Below the pieces are notes generated by a model. The model was not told the origin of the DNA and made no database searches. It was given only the letters and a program-made list of their open reading frames with translations. The position numbers and the translations under genes were made by a program. Shown here piece after piece: positions 13,001-22,514 of a stretch of DNA of 32,875 nucleotides. Source of the stretch: Pelomyxa schiedti (taxonomy: Eukaryota > Protista > Evosea). The stretch is from contig JAHLWZ010000481.1 of the NCBI GenBank assembly GCA_020536535.1, forward strand, positions 1 through 32,875. The letters run 5' to 3'. Positions within the stretch are counted from its first letter, which is position 1, and every line of letters begins with the position of its first letter.

Positions 13001-14090
13001 GAAATATTCCAGAGATTTGATGGCCAATTGCTTCACACTATAAACAGTGAGACTCATAAGAAAGAATAAAATTCTCACTTCACGAATGAGACACAATCTT
13101 CATGTGCAAAGACATTTCTCATAAGAGCAAGCATAAGCTCAAAAGTTATGTGCGGGGGTTCAGACAGAGGTTCGGATGTTGGCACAGTTGGAGTACTTTG
13201 CGAGGTTGCTTGTTCTTCAGCTGGGCTTGAGACAGATAAGTCAACAACACTGTCAGAAATGGTTCCAACACGGGCGATAGCATTCTTAGGGTGCCTTGAG
13301 AGCCAAGCAACGAAAGCCACCCTGTCACCCAGACGACCAGAAGACTGCAGCTGAATCATTGCGGTCTCAAATGGGGCATTATGTCCCGGCTTGAAGTTCT
13401 GACAAACTGGGAATAGATGTGCCAATAGCACAATGGCGTCTCCACAGCCACATGTACAGGTACGAGTCTTTGGCCGGTTCACATAGGGCTCAACCGAGGT
13501 CTGTGAATAGACAACCCCGTTTTCTGAAGTGAAAGCGGTAAGCACAACAAAATACAGAGATAGAGATTGTTACCTGCAGGAGATGACACCAATGCGGATT
13601 GGTTGTCGGACAGGGATAAACCACCTTTCTGTGCTTGTTCGTGGCTTGGTAAGCCGGAACCATCCGTACCTGTATGAATATCAGCCGTCCTTTTCCCCAA
13701 TATTATTGGCACAACTCACTCTAGATTTTCGCATCATGATGAAACAAATGACAATAAATACAACAAAAATAAACAAGTCAAACATTCATAAATAATACCT
13801 GTCGAACCACCCATTGTGCTCCCAGTTGATGAAGATACTAAAACAGGCGATTTGAGGGTGCTAGTGCGTTTGTCATTGACACTGGTTGCGATTGTGGGAA
13901 CGTGCGTACCACTCGTCGTCGCTGTTGTTGGCGATGACGGAGGAGATGGTGGCGTAGCTGGCGACGACGAAGTAGAAGTACAAGGGCAGGGGCAGCACAT
14001 GGACGCGCATTGTGGGATAGATACGCAACAGCAGCTACAGCTCCCACAATCGACAACCGCCGTTCCATCCCGTGAACCATGCCCGGCCAT
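10021..14090 (-). CDS. Large multi-exon protein with P-loop NTPase domain (variant Walker A) and N-terminal Cys-rich/SWIM-like segment
   Basis: Successive exons can be joined at GT-AG introns. Walker A-like VAVIGPPMSGRTT (about 11750-11790) and Walker B-like FLLLDNIE (about 11390). RTCTCGCGDAIVLLAHL near 13430. The last exon (10021-10300) is uncertain, and a two-gene model is not excluded. Confidence 0.6.
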
Positions 14091-14147
14091 TCACCGGCGG
14101 TTGGAAGGGCCTTTTTTCGATCGTTTCGTTTTTGTTTTGATCAAAAT

Positions 14148-15380
14148 CTATGTTACTTCAGAGAGGAACAGTCCAGCGCATGCAACCCTGCACACAATAA
14201 AGCCAGATGCTGCATCGATTAGATCAAAACTTGCCTGAGTATCGTCAAGACCTATCTGGGTATCCCTGACAGCAAGCTCCTGGGTAAAAAACATTCTACC
14301 AGGGGGTATTGGGTGAACACAGAACACCTTTGTTGGTTCCAAAACACTGTGCACCTCTCTCAGATATTCTGCCATGAGTAGTATGGCAAAGTAAGGCCCG
14401 CCAATCGGATGTGGAGTTCCAGGACCAAACAGTGTCCTCCGGCCAGTCGTCGTGCTCAAAAGGCCAGTGCCGTTGGAATCCGAGAACAGGGCATAGTGCT
14501 TTCCCCTCCAGCACAACAGGCTATTGATGCTTTCCTCCCCGTCAGTAACATCAAATGACATGTGCGTTTCAATCACTCTCTTCTCTGCCAACGTAGCACC
14601 TAGGTCAATGACCATTACAGTGTGCATGTTTCTTGCTCTTCTGGAAGCCACAACGAGGGAACGGTCATCACCATCAAAGGCCGCCTTTTCCACATGCCAC
14701 GGCAGGCCCACCTTCTCCACCGCGTCAACAACCCCGCTCTCAATCCCATCAAAGTTCCACAGTGACAGGGTGGCACCCTTCCTTCCATCCCTGATGACCG
14801 CCGCCCATCTCCTGCTCATGCACCACAAATGACTGGGAGCCACAAAGTCCATGAGCACCTCGGGCACTTGCCCCCACGTGTCAATCACGCTCACAACATA
14901 GACCCCAGGGGACACCGTCCTCGCCAGCGCGAATCTGTCAGCGCGATCGTCCACACAAGGGAACTTGGGCGGCGTGTCGCTCGCAGGCCCAACGAACCCG
15001 AGGAGTTCACTGTGAGGCCTGCGGAAGTTCACGGCGCCGGGGTGTCGAACCAGCCCGAGCGTCGGCGACACGCTGAACTTGATCAGCTTGTAGTAGGCGG
15101 TGCCGCTGCGACTGGCCAGGCGAATTATGAGGGTCTTTGCTGGGGCCATGACCCACTCGCGGCCGATCAGAGACAGCAACGGGGGCGTGAGGGTCGACAC
15201 CGGCGCGTGGTTGCTGTTGTTGCTGTTGGTGTTGGTGTTGGTGTTGGTGGTGCTTCCGGCGCAGCGTCCCACAATGACGCCGACGCCGAGGGCAATGAAT
15301 TGACTCCGTGCGTACGTTGCGTCTTTGATTGTGACTGTTGTTTTCGCTGAGGTATCACCGCCGTTACTGCTGCTGTCCAT
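14148..15380 (-). CDS. Expanded-family paralog 1 (conserved N-terminal motif plus predicted beta-rich body)
   Basis: Intact ORF from ATG 15380. Motifs ATYARSQFIALGVGVIVGRC...LTPPLLSLIGREWV and KFSVSPTLGLV are shared with the neighbours. Confidence 0.85.
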   Translation of the reverse strand: MDSSSNGGDTSAKTTVTIKDATYARSQFIALGVGVIVGRCAGSTTNTNTNTNSNNSNHAPVSTLTPPLLSLIGREWVMAPAKTLIIRLASRSGTAYYKLIKFSVSPTLGLVRHPGAVNFRRPHSELLGFVGPASDTPPKFPCVDDRADRFALARTVSPGVYVVSVIDTWGQVPEVLMDFVAPSHLWCMSRRWAAVIRDGRKGATLSLWNFDGIESGVVDAVEKVGLPWHVEKAAFDGDDRSLVVASRRARNMHTVMVIDLGATLAEKRVIETHMSFDVTDGEESINSLLCWRGKHYALFSDSNGTGLLSTTTGRRTLFGPGTPHPIGGPYFAILLMAEYLREVHSVLEPTKVFCVHPIPPGRMFFTQELAVRDTQIGLDDTQASFDLIDAASGFIVCRVACAGLFLSEVT

Positions 15381-15569
15381 CACTAAACAGAATGAATCTA
15401 CTCGAAATGATTGCCCTCTTTGGCCTTGACTGTAATTTAGGTCATGTTATGAACAAACGAGCCTGATTGATCACAATCACCTGGTGTTTCTTCTGAGCCC
15501 CAGTGTCTCTCACAACAATCTCTTGCTCACTAAAAAATCTGTTTTTCTCATTTGACTTGCACCCCGGTG

Positions 15570-16706
15570 TCAGGAAACCCTCGTCACATGCAGAGCACAC
15601 ATATTCTTGAGTTTGAACACAACGAAGCCAGACACAGCATCAATCATCTCAAGGGCACCCGAACGGCTTCCAATGTGGCCATCGGTATTTCTCACAACCA
15701 TTTCATTCCCAAAATGCAATCGTGCAGGCTGCAAATTTTGGTGGGTGCACAACACTTTGGTGGGTTCCACAACACTGTAAACCTTAGTGCAGTAAGACGG
15801 TCTGTTTCCTCCTTCATACTGCGTAGTGACCACAAAGTAAGGCCCTCCAATTGGTTGCACTTCTCCTTTATGTAATGGTGTCCTCTGACCAGTGTTCAGG
15901 CACATAATACAAGCATCGCCATAAGGAAGTGCATAAGTCAGACCTCTCCAACAAATGGCACTTCGAATTTGCACGTCACCAACATGGCCCAGGGGGCTTG
16001 AAACAAGCCTTCTTTGTGCCAAAGTGCCCTCAAACTCAATTGCCACTGCATCACCATCCTGCAGCGACACTACCAGTGAACCGTCACCAAACGCGGCACT
16101 TTTGACATCCAACGGAAGGGAAACACGAGCAGGTGGACGTGGAAGCGGAAGATCATCAAAGTTCCACCCTGACAGTGTGTTCGTCCACCGGTTGTGGATG
16201 CAAAACCACCTCCTGCTCGTGTAGTGCTCGTGAGCATAGGAATTCAGTGTCACAGGGGGTATCTGGGCGTCCACTTGCCCCTTGCTGTCTAGAACACGCA
16301 GGTTCCTGTCGCCTTCAAGCATGAGTGCGAACCTGGGAGCTCCATTGTGGGATCGCGGTAGTGGGCCGACCCACCCACAAAAAACAACAGGGCCCCGGTG
16401 GAGTGCGCTGGTGTAGAACGTGGCAGGTTGGTCGACGAGCCCGAGCGTCGGTGACACGCTGAACCTGATGAACTCGTACTGCTGGCTTGTGAGGCCGCTG
16501 ATGACGACGTGCCTCGCTGGGAACACGACCCACTCGCGGCCGATGTGTGACAGGGACGACGGCGTGAGGGCCGACGCGGGGCTGGCGTTGTCGCGGCCGC
16601 ACCGTCCCACAATAACGCCAGCGGCCAGCGAAATGAATTGGTCGCATGCGCAGGTTGCGTCCTCGATAGTGTCACCGCATAGGGCACCGCTTTCATTCGT
16701 TATCAT
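15570..16706 (-). CDS. Expanded-family paralog 2
   Basis: Intact ORF, first ATG at 16706. Motifs ATCACDQFISLAAGVIVGRCG...LSHIGREWVV, RFSVSPTLGLV and C-terminal IDAVSGFVVFK. Confidence 0.85.
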   Translation of the reverse strand: MITNESGALCGDTIEDATCACDQFISLAAGVIVGRCGRDNASPASALTPSSLSHIGREWVVFPARHVVISGLTSQQYEFIRFSVSPTLGLVDQPATFYTSALHRGPVVFCGWVGPLPRSHNGAPRFALMLEGDRNLRVLDSKGQVDAQIPPVTLNSYAHEHYTSRRWFCIHNRWTNTLSGWNFDDLPLPRPPARVSLPLDVKSAAFGDGSLVVSLQDGDAVAIEFEGTLAQRRLVSSPLGHVGDVQIRSAICWRGLTYALPYGDACIMCLNTGQRTPLHKGEVQPIGGPYFVVTTQYEGGNRPSYCTKVYSVVEPTKVLCTHQNLQPARLHFGNEMVVRNTDGHIGSRSGALEMIDAVSGFVVFKLKNMCALHVTRVS

Positions 16707-16877
16707 CCCAACGGGTGATTGTTCCAGACAAAAGTCACAGAGGTTATGAATCACTGAAGCGACTTACATTGACTCCTACAAGCCAGCCACCCGCGGTTCA
16801 TGAAGCCAACACTGCTCAGCACAAAGAGGGAACGGCTCATCATAATGTAAAATACTAGTTCTAAAGTACGAGCAGTT

Positions 16878-18143
16878 TTACGTCACTTCATTAACGAACA
16901 ACCCTCTGTTCAGCACTTTGCACACAACAAAGCCAGACACTGCATCAATGATCTCAATGTCACCTGTCCTGTGGTGGTGATTCCGAGCACCAGTGTCTCT
17001 CACAACAACCTCTTTCCTCACGAGCATGTTGCCATCCTCGACATGCTCGTGTGCACAGCACACCTTTGTTGGTTCCAAAACACTGAACACCTCTCTGCAA
17101 TAGCATGCAGTCTCTGGGTGGGTGACTGCAAAGTAAGGCCCCCCAATTGCTTGTGCAGTTCCATCACCCATTTGCGTCCTCTTGCCAGTTTCCAGGCACA
17201 GCATAACAGCGGTGTTTGGGAAGTGTGACAACAGGACGTAGTGCCTTCCCTTCCAGCACAGAACGCCGTCAATGAAGTCATCCCTGTCAGAAACACCAAC
17301 TGACATCTGCCTCCCAATCACACTCTTCTGTTCCAAGGTGGCATCAAGATCGATGAACATGACATAGCACACCTTTCGCAGTTTCTGCGAACAGAACGCC
17401 ACAACGAGTGAACCATCAGCATCATCAAATTCCGCCTTGTGGACAGGCCACGGCAGGTCCATGTCCTCCGCCTTGGTGACGATTCCGCTCTCAATACCAT
17501 CAAAGTTCCACAGTGACATTGCGCTGTTCCACCAGTTTTTGGTCACAGCAGCCCACTTCCTGTTCCTGTACAACACATCACCGTGCGTGTCAGCCCTGTC
17601 CAGGAGGCTCATTTTAGGCACGTTTCGGGCAGTGTCAATGACCCCAAGCTTGGAGACCCCAGGCCGGGTCCTTTCCCTCACGAGCGCGAATCTCTCCCCA
17701 CGGCCGCAGTGAGCCCCGCTCTCGCTGCCCACTGACAGCAGCTGCGTCCTCGGCTGTGTATCGTCGCTGTGCGCCGGACCGACCCACCCACAGAACTCGT
17801 TGGTGGCCAAGCTGCCAATGTGGGCCACTCTGGGCGCGTCCACGAGGCCGAGCGTGGGCGACACGCTGAGGGTGATCAGCTCGTGGTGGTCATCATCATC
17901 GGTGCCGCCACCATCACCGCCGACACCAGCGGCGCTCGTGAGGTCGATGGCGATGCGCTTGGCTGGGAAAACAACCCACTCGCGGCCGATGAGTGACAGC
18001 ACCGGGGGCGTGAGGGTCGATGCGGGGACAACGGTGCTGTTGTTGTGGCCGCAACGTCCCACAATCACGGCGGCGCCGAGGGCGATGAATTGACTCCGCG
18101 CGTACGTTGCGTCTTTGATGCCGACATGTGTGGACGACGACAT
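16878..18143 (-). CDS. Expanded-family paralog 3
   Basis: 421-aa ORF with ATYARSQFIALGAAVIVGRCG, LSVSPTLGLV, WNFDGIESG, PIGGPYF-like and IIDAVSGFVV motifs. Confidence 0.88.
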   Translation of the reverse strand: MSSSTHVGIKDATYARSQFIALGAAVIVGRCGHNNSTVVPASTLTPPVLSLIGREWVVFPAKRIAIDLTSAAGVGGDGGGTDDDDHHELITLSVSPTLGLVDAPRVAHIGSLATNEFCGWVGPAHSDDTQPRTQLLSVGSESGAHCGRGERFALVRERTRPGVSKLGVIDTARNVPKMSLLDRADTHGDVLYRNRKWAAVTKNWWNSAMSLWNFDGIESGIVTKAEDMDLPWPVHKAEFDDADGSLVVAFCSQKLRKVCYVMFIDLDATLEQKSVIGRQMSVGVSDRDDFIDGVLCWKGRHYVLLSHFPNTAVMLCLETGKRTQMGDGTAQAIGGPYFAVTHPETACYCREVFSVLEPTKVCCAHEHVEDGNMLVRKEVVVRDTGARNHHHRTGDIEIIDAVSGFVVCKVLNRGLFVNEVT

Positions 18144-18232
18144 GTGTGAGTGTTTGTTGTTGTTTCCACTTCCTGATTACTTGGTATTTTCTTAATTTGC
18201 TAATTGTGTAAACAGTGAAGTTTCTGTTCTTT

Positions 18233-19720
18233 TCAACAGATGCAACATTGAGACTTGGGGGTCGGTGTTGGTGTGGGAGGGGGAGGGGGTGGGATGTATG
18301 GAGCAAATGGTTCATCTTCAATCACAGGGGAAGGAGGGAATGACACAGACACAAGCACCAACCCAGTGAGTGCATCGACGATGCCAGCCACATCATCCCC
18401 TGCATCTGGGTTTGGATTTGGAGAAATCCTTGTGATAATGACTCCTTGTTGGGTGACAACAGGCCTTGCTGGATCGCAGCAGGGAATGGACATCACTGGT
18501 GTCTGGAGGTTGTCAATGTGATACACCTGAGTGGTGATGGGACTCTTCTCAACTGACACAGCAATGTGAGTGGGCGTCACGCGTGAAACAGCACCAGAGA
18601 ACTCCGTTGTCATTCTCGTCGCTGTGTTGAACACCACGTACCTGGAGTCAGCATGGGACAGAACTCGGATTGGGTCATCAACGAATGCAACAACTGAAAT
18701 GGGGTACGGCAGCTCAACTTGTTTCACCACGCACAGACTCTTCTGATCAAAGCTTGCCCTCAAATCCACACACAGAAGGAACCCAACTGCAAAAGCCTTT
18801 CTGCACAGAACAACGAGCAGGTCATCACTCTCCCGAATAGACAGCGCCATTGGGTCTGACATTGCGTCCTTGCAGTCGGCTCCAACTATGACACCAACAC
18901 CCGCAGGAAGTGACCACAGACTACCCCCATCGCCACCTTGAAAAGCGCCACGCCGTTGAACACTGCTGCGATTCACATCAGTGCCACCACCACAGTCACC
19001 ATCACTCAGCTTCCACACCATCACCCCACCAGAGGAATGCTGTGTAACAACAATCCACCTTGTGTTGCAGTGGTCAACCAAAGAGTTCCCCAGCCCACTG
19101 TACAGGTACGACTCCAGCCTCCCATCGCCCCTCATGACCCATAAGCACTCCCACGCCGGCCGCGAGCTGCACATAACGACGTACCTCCCGCGCCCGATGT
19201 ATCCCCTGATCTCGGCCTGCTGGGCGTCGCACGACCCCGGCCCGGACAGCAGCGACTCCTGCGGCGGCAGCTGGGCCAACGACTTGTTGTAGTGCACCTG
19301 GCCTGGGCTCGGCGCGTCGTACGCGGGCACGCACGCGAGGCCGCTGACGCCCATTGTGGGAGACACCGTCATCATCACGTGCACGCAGTGGGCGCCTCTC
19401 ACCGACTTCACACTCACGCCGAGTCGGCGGTGTCCTCCTCCCGCTCCCCCGCTGAGACCAGAGGTACCGCCTGGGGGACTGTGGACCCAGGGGCGGCCGA
19501 TGTGGGCGGCGAGGATGGAGGGGGGCACGACGCGGGCCGGGCTGCGGGCGCCGCATCGGGGCACGACGGAGGCCGCGGCGAGGGCCACGAACTGTTCCCG
19601 CGACGACAAAAGAGCGCGGCACCACGACTGGACGTCGACGCCGGTGCCTTGTTCTTTATAGAGGTCGTGGATGTCGGTGTCCAGAAGGTGTTCAACGCGT
19701 TGTTGGGTTCCGCTACTCAT
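18233..19720 (-). CDS. Divergent expanded-family paralog 4 with Pro-rich tail and C-terminal CCIC
   Basis: 495-aa ORF with SREQFVALAAASVVPRCGARSPARVVPPSILAAHIGRPWV, MTVSPTMGV and IVDALTGLVLV. Confidence 0.85.
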   Translation of the reverse strand: MSSGTQQRVEHLLDTDIHDLYKEQGTGVDVQSWCRALLSSREQFVALAAASVVPRCGARSPARVVPPSILAAHIGRPWVHSPPGGTSGLSGGAGGGHRRLGVSVKSVRGAHCVHVMMTVSPTMGVSGLACVPAYDAPSPGQVHYNKSLAQLPPQESLLSGPGSCDAQQAEIRGYIGRGRYVVMCSSRPAWECLWVMRGDGRLESYLYSGLGNSLVDHCNTRWIVVTQHSSGGVMVWKLSDGDCGGGTDVNRSSVQRRGAFQGGDGGSLWSLPAGVGVIVGADCKDAMSDPMALSIRESDDLLVVLCRKAFAVGFLLCVDLRASFDQKSLCVVKQVELPYPISVVAFVDDPIRVLSHADSRYVVFNTATRMTTEFSGAVSRVTPTHIAVSVEKSPITTQVYHIDNLQTPVMSIPCCDPARPVVTQQGVIITRISPNPNPDAGDDVAGIVDALTGLVLVSVSFPPSPVIEDEPFAPYIPPPPPPTPTPTPKSQCCIC

Positions 19721-19969
19721 TTTTTTACAGGAAAAAGCCGTCTTAGATGTTCCGACTTGAGATTGCGGTTGGAGAGGAAACCCAGCAGCTCAGAATTCCC
19801 TGCTGCAGGAAGTGGTAGCTTTTGTTTGTTCTTTTCTTAGGGGTAGTTCTTCAAACTACTACTCAGTATTCCACCAAGATACAACCTGCTCCAGCCAACT
19901 CAAAACAAGATGGTAGTTAATTGCATGGGTGGCTGGTTGGCATTTTAGTCCAAGTGCCAATCTTTGTTT

Positions 19970-21064
19970 TCAAAACCCAGCAACACCCAACACATCAAAA
20001 TCTGCTTGGAATTTGAAGACAACAAATCCAGAAACTGCATCAGTGACAATAATGTGAGCAGTTTCCCTGACAACCATCTCGTGCCCAAAATGCAGTGTGG
20101 TGAGCCTTCCACACTTGTGGCAGCAGCACAACTTGGTGGGTTCCACAACACTGAACACTTCTCTGTCAAGTGTGTTGTGGTTTGTCACTTTAAAGTATGG
20201 CCCACCAATCGGCCAACCCCTGCCCTGTGCCAATGCTGTCCTTTGGCCATTGTCCAAGCAGATAACCGCTGGGTTTCTGCCACCAGTCAGGGCATAAGTG
20301 ATTCCCTTCCAGCACATGAGGGTGCTGTCAGATTCCTCTGGGTAAAGTGATGTCAGGTGCCGTGGTGGGCATTCAAGAACCAGCCTTTTCTGTGCGAATG
20401 TAGCCTCCAAGTCGATTGTGATCACGCCTCCCCCGAATTGTGTTGCCACCCCAGAATGGTCACTTCGAAATGCAACGCTGTGCACCTCAAACGGTAACTT
20501 AATCTCCTCTACCTTTCCGCTCTCAACTTCATCGAAATTCCACAGTGACATTGTACCCTGGCCCTCTCCCTCCTCGCAGGTTGTTGCCCAGCGCCTGTTG
20601 TTGCACAACACCCCCAATGTTGTCGTGTACACCAGTGGGGGCACTCGGTTATGGGTGTCCATCACACTCCACCACGTGACATTGCCTGCATACTTGGTCA
20701 CAATGGCGAACCGGTCGCCCAGGGACTCAGGCCCAACGAATCCAACTTTTCTGGGAGTGCCTCCGTCGGCAAAAAGGACCTCCGCGATTGTGGGATGGCC
20801 GACGAGGCCCAGAGTCGGCGACAGGCTGAACTTGACCTCGTACATCTGCCCGCCGTTGGGCGCCACGGCGCTGACGCACGCGCGCCTGGACGGGAGCACG
20901 ACCCAATTCTGGCCGAGGAGAGACAGCGACGGCGGCGTGAGGGCCGACGCTGGGCTGGACCGGCCGCACCGTCCCACAATGGCCCCGACGCCGAGTGCAA
21001 TGAATTGGTCGCGTGCGTACGTTGCCCCTTCGATCGCGAGTGGCTTGATGGAGATGATCGACAT
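19970..21064 (-). CDS. Expanded-family paralog 5
   Basis: 364-aa ORF with ATYARDQFIALGVGAIVGRCGRSSPASALTPPSLSLLGQNWVV, KFSLSPTLGLV and VTDAVSGFVVFK. Confidence 0.88.
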   Translation of the reverse strand: MSIISIKPLAIEGATYARDQFIALGVGAIVGRCGRSSPASALTPPSLSLLGQNWVVLPSRRACVSAVAPNGGQMYEVKFSLSPTLGLVGHPTIAEVLFADGGTPRKVGFVGPESLGDRFAIVTKYAGNVTWWSVMDTHNRVPPLVYTTTLGVLCNNRRWATTCEEGEGQGTMSLWNFDEVESGKVEEIKLPFEVHSVAFRSDHSGVATQFGGGVITIDLEATFAQKRLVLECPPRHLTSLYPEESDSTLMCWKGITYALTGGRNPAVICLDNGQRTALAQGRGWPIGGPYFKVTNHNTLDREVFSVVEPTKLCCCHKCGRLTTLHFGHEMVVRETAHIIVTDAVSGFVVFKFQADFDVLGVAGF

Positions 21065-21124
21065 TCTTCTTGAAGATGAAGCGGATTCTCTGAAATCAGG
21101 GCTCTTTTGTTTTTTTCAAGATGA

Positions 21125-22231
21125 CAGATCTGGCGCGACTGGGTCGTGTCCACCTCGGGAAAGTTCGCCCTGGTGATTGAGGAAAGGGGTGGAGGGGGAC
21201 GGGGACGAGCTGCTGCTGACCGTGACGGCGTCGTGACGTGGTCAGTTGCATTTGACGTGTCACTGACCACCATGGGGATGATCACCCGCGACGTGGCCGT
21301 CTCTGACGCCAAGGCGTCTGGTGTCACAGTGCTGAAGAAACAGCAGCCCGGAAGTGGGGGCACTTACTTGTGGCTGCACAAGGCGGAGAGTGCTGCTGTT
21401 GACTCTCTGGGGCGGATGGAGCGCCATGTTAGAAATTACAGGGGGCTCTACTTGTGCGGAGCACTCAACGGAAAGTGGTGGGTGACACTGGGCTGGAGGG
21501 CAAGAGCAAATGGAGCAAGCATCACCATCAGCACCCCCAAAAGTTCGCAAGGGATACCAAAGGAGAGAACCAAGCCTGATGTGAAGGTATCTATGTTGCT
21601 GCCTGAGAGTTCCTGTCACACAATGAGGATGTTCCGCAACAACACTGTTCCTGATGAGGTGCTGCTTACTTTGAGTTGTTGCGAAACCACCACCATTTCA
21701 TTCACACTTTTTGATGTGCTCAAGACATACGAATCCCAGAAGTTCACTGCTTTGATTCAGACATCCACAGAGAGTAGGCAGGACTCCTTTGGTTACGGTA
21801 CTTCCCTCCAATTACCTGATGCAGCACTGGTTTTGAGGCGGAAGAAGACTGATGGCGCTGTCATTTTTATTGTGAAGTCGTATGGCAATTTTGTGTTTCA
21901 GGTGGAAGCTGACACAGGGACTGCCAGAGTGCTTTCAGCCAGGTGCTCTGACTTGTCCCAGTTGGACGACTGCGTGTTCTGTGTTGGGATGGCATGGGAC
22001 AACTCTTACCAGCTGTGGGACTGCAACAACACGCACCAACCACTGAGGTGCACAAACTGTGGGGACACCTTTGATCAGGTTGTTTGCGGCAGGGGGCTTT
22101 TGTTTGCAGTGCAAACCAGTGACAGGAAGATTCTGGTGATTGAGTCTGGTGTTGTGGTGATCTCCTTTGATGTTTTGCCTTCTGGGGGAGGAGATTTTTG
22201 CATCAACCAACAGTCCTCTCTGTTGTGGTGA
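21125..22231 (+). CDS. Related-family paralog 6, apparently lacking the N-terminal motif (5'-truncated or missing first exon)
   Basis: Open frame 21125-22231 begins QIWRDWVVSTSG straight after a TGA, and contains VAFDVSLTTMGM (analogue of FSVSPTLGLV). First in-frame ATG is only at 21272. Confidence 0.7.
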   Translation, partial: QIWRDWVVSTSGKFALVIEERGGGGRGRAAADRDGVVTWSVAFDVSLTTMGMITRDVAVSDAKASGVTVLKKQQPGSGGTYLWLHKAESAAVDSLGRMERHVRNYRGLYLCGALNGKWWVTLGWRARANGASITISTPKSSQGIPKERTKPDVKVSMLLPESSCHTMRMFRNNTVPDEVLLTLSCCETTTISFTLFDVLKTYESQKFTALIQTSTESRQDSFGYGTSLQLPDAALVLRRKKTDGAVIFIVKSYGNFVFQVEADTGTARVLSARCSDLSQLDDCVFCVGMAWDNSYQLWDCNNTHQPLRCTNCGDTFDQVVCGRGLLFAVQTSDRKILVIESGVVVISFDVLPSGGGDFCINQQSSLLW

Positions 22232-22514
22232 TAAACACAAAAAAAAAAAAAGCCCATGATGATGCTTCTGCATAACTGATGGCGCCATCAGTCTTCTTCC
22301 GCCTCATTCGCTGTCTCATTCTGGTAATAGTCCAGATGGCTCAGTCCTCAGTCTCTCCAATCCTGCTAAAGTGTGCAAGGACTTCAGAGCAAGGCCAAGT
22401 TCGTGTTTGTGGAAGTACACACTTACTCACCCACAAGAACAATCATCATCAAATTCCACGAATCTGAGCCCTCCCATGTCTCCCAGTTTCACCCCACCAG
22501 ACTCAAAAAACAAC

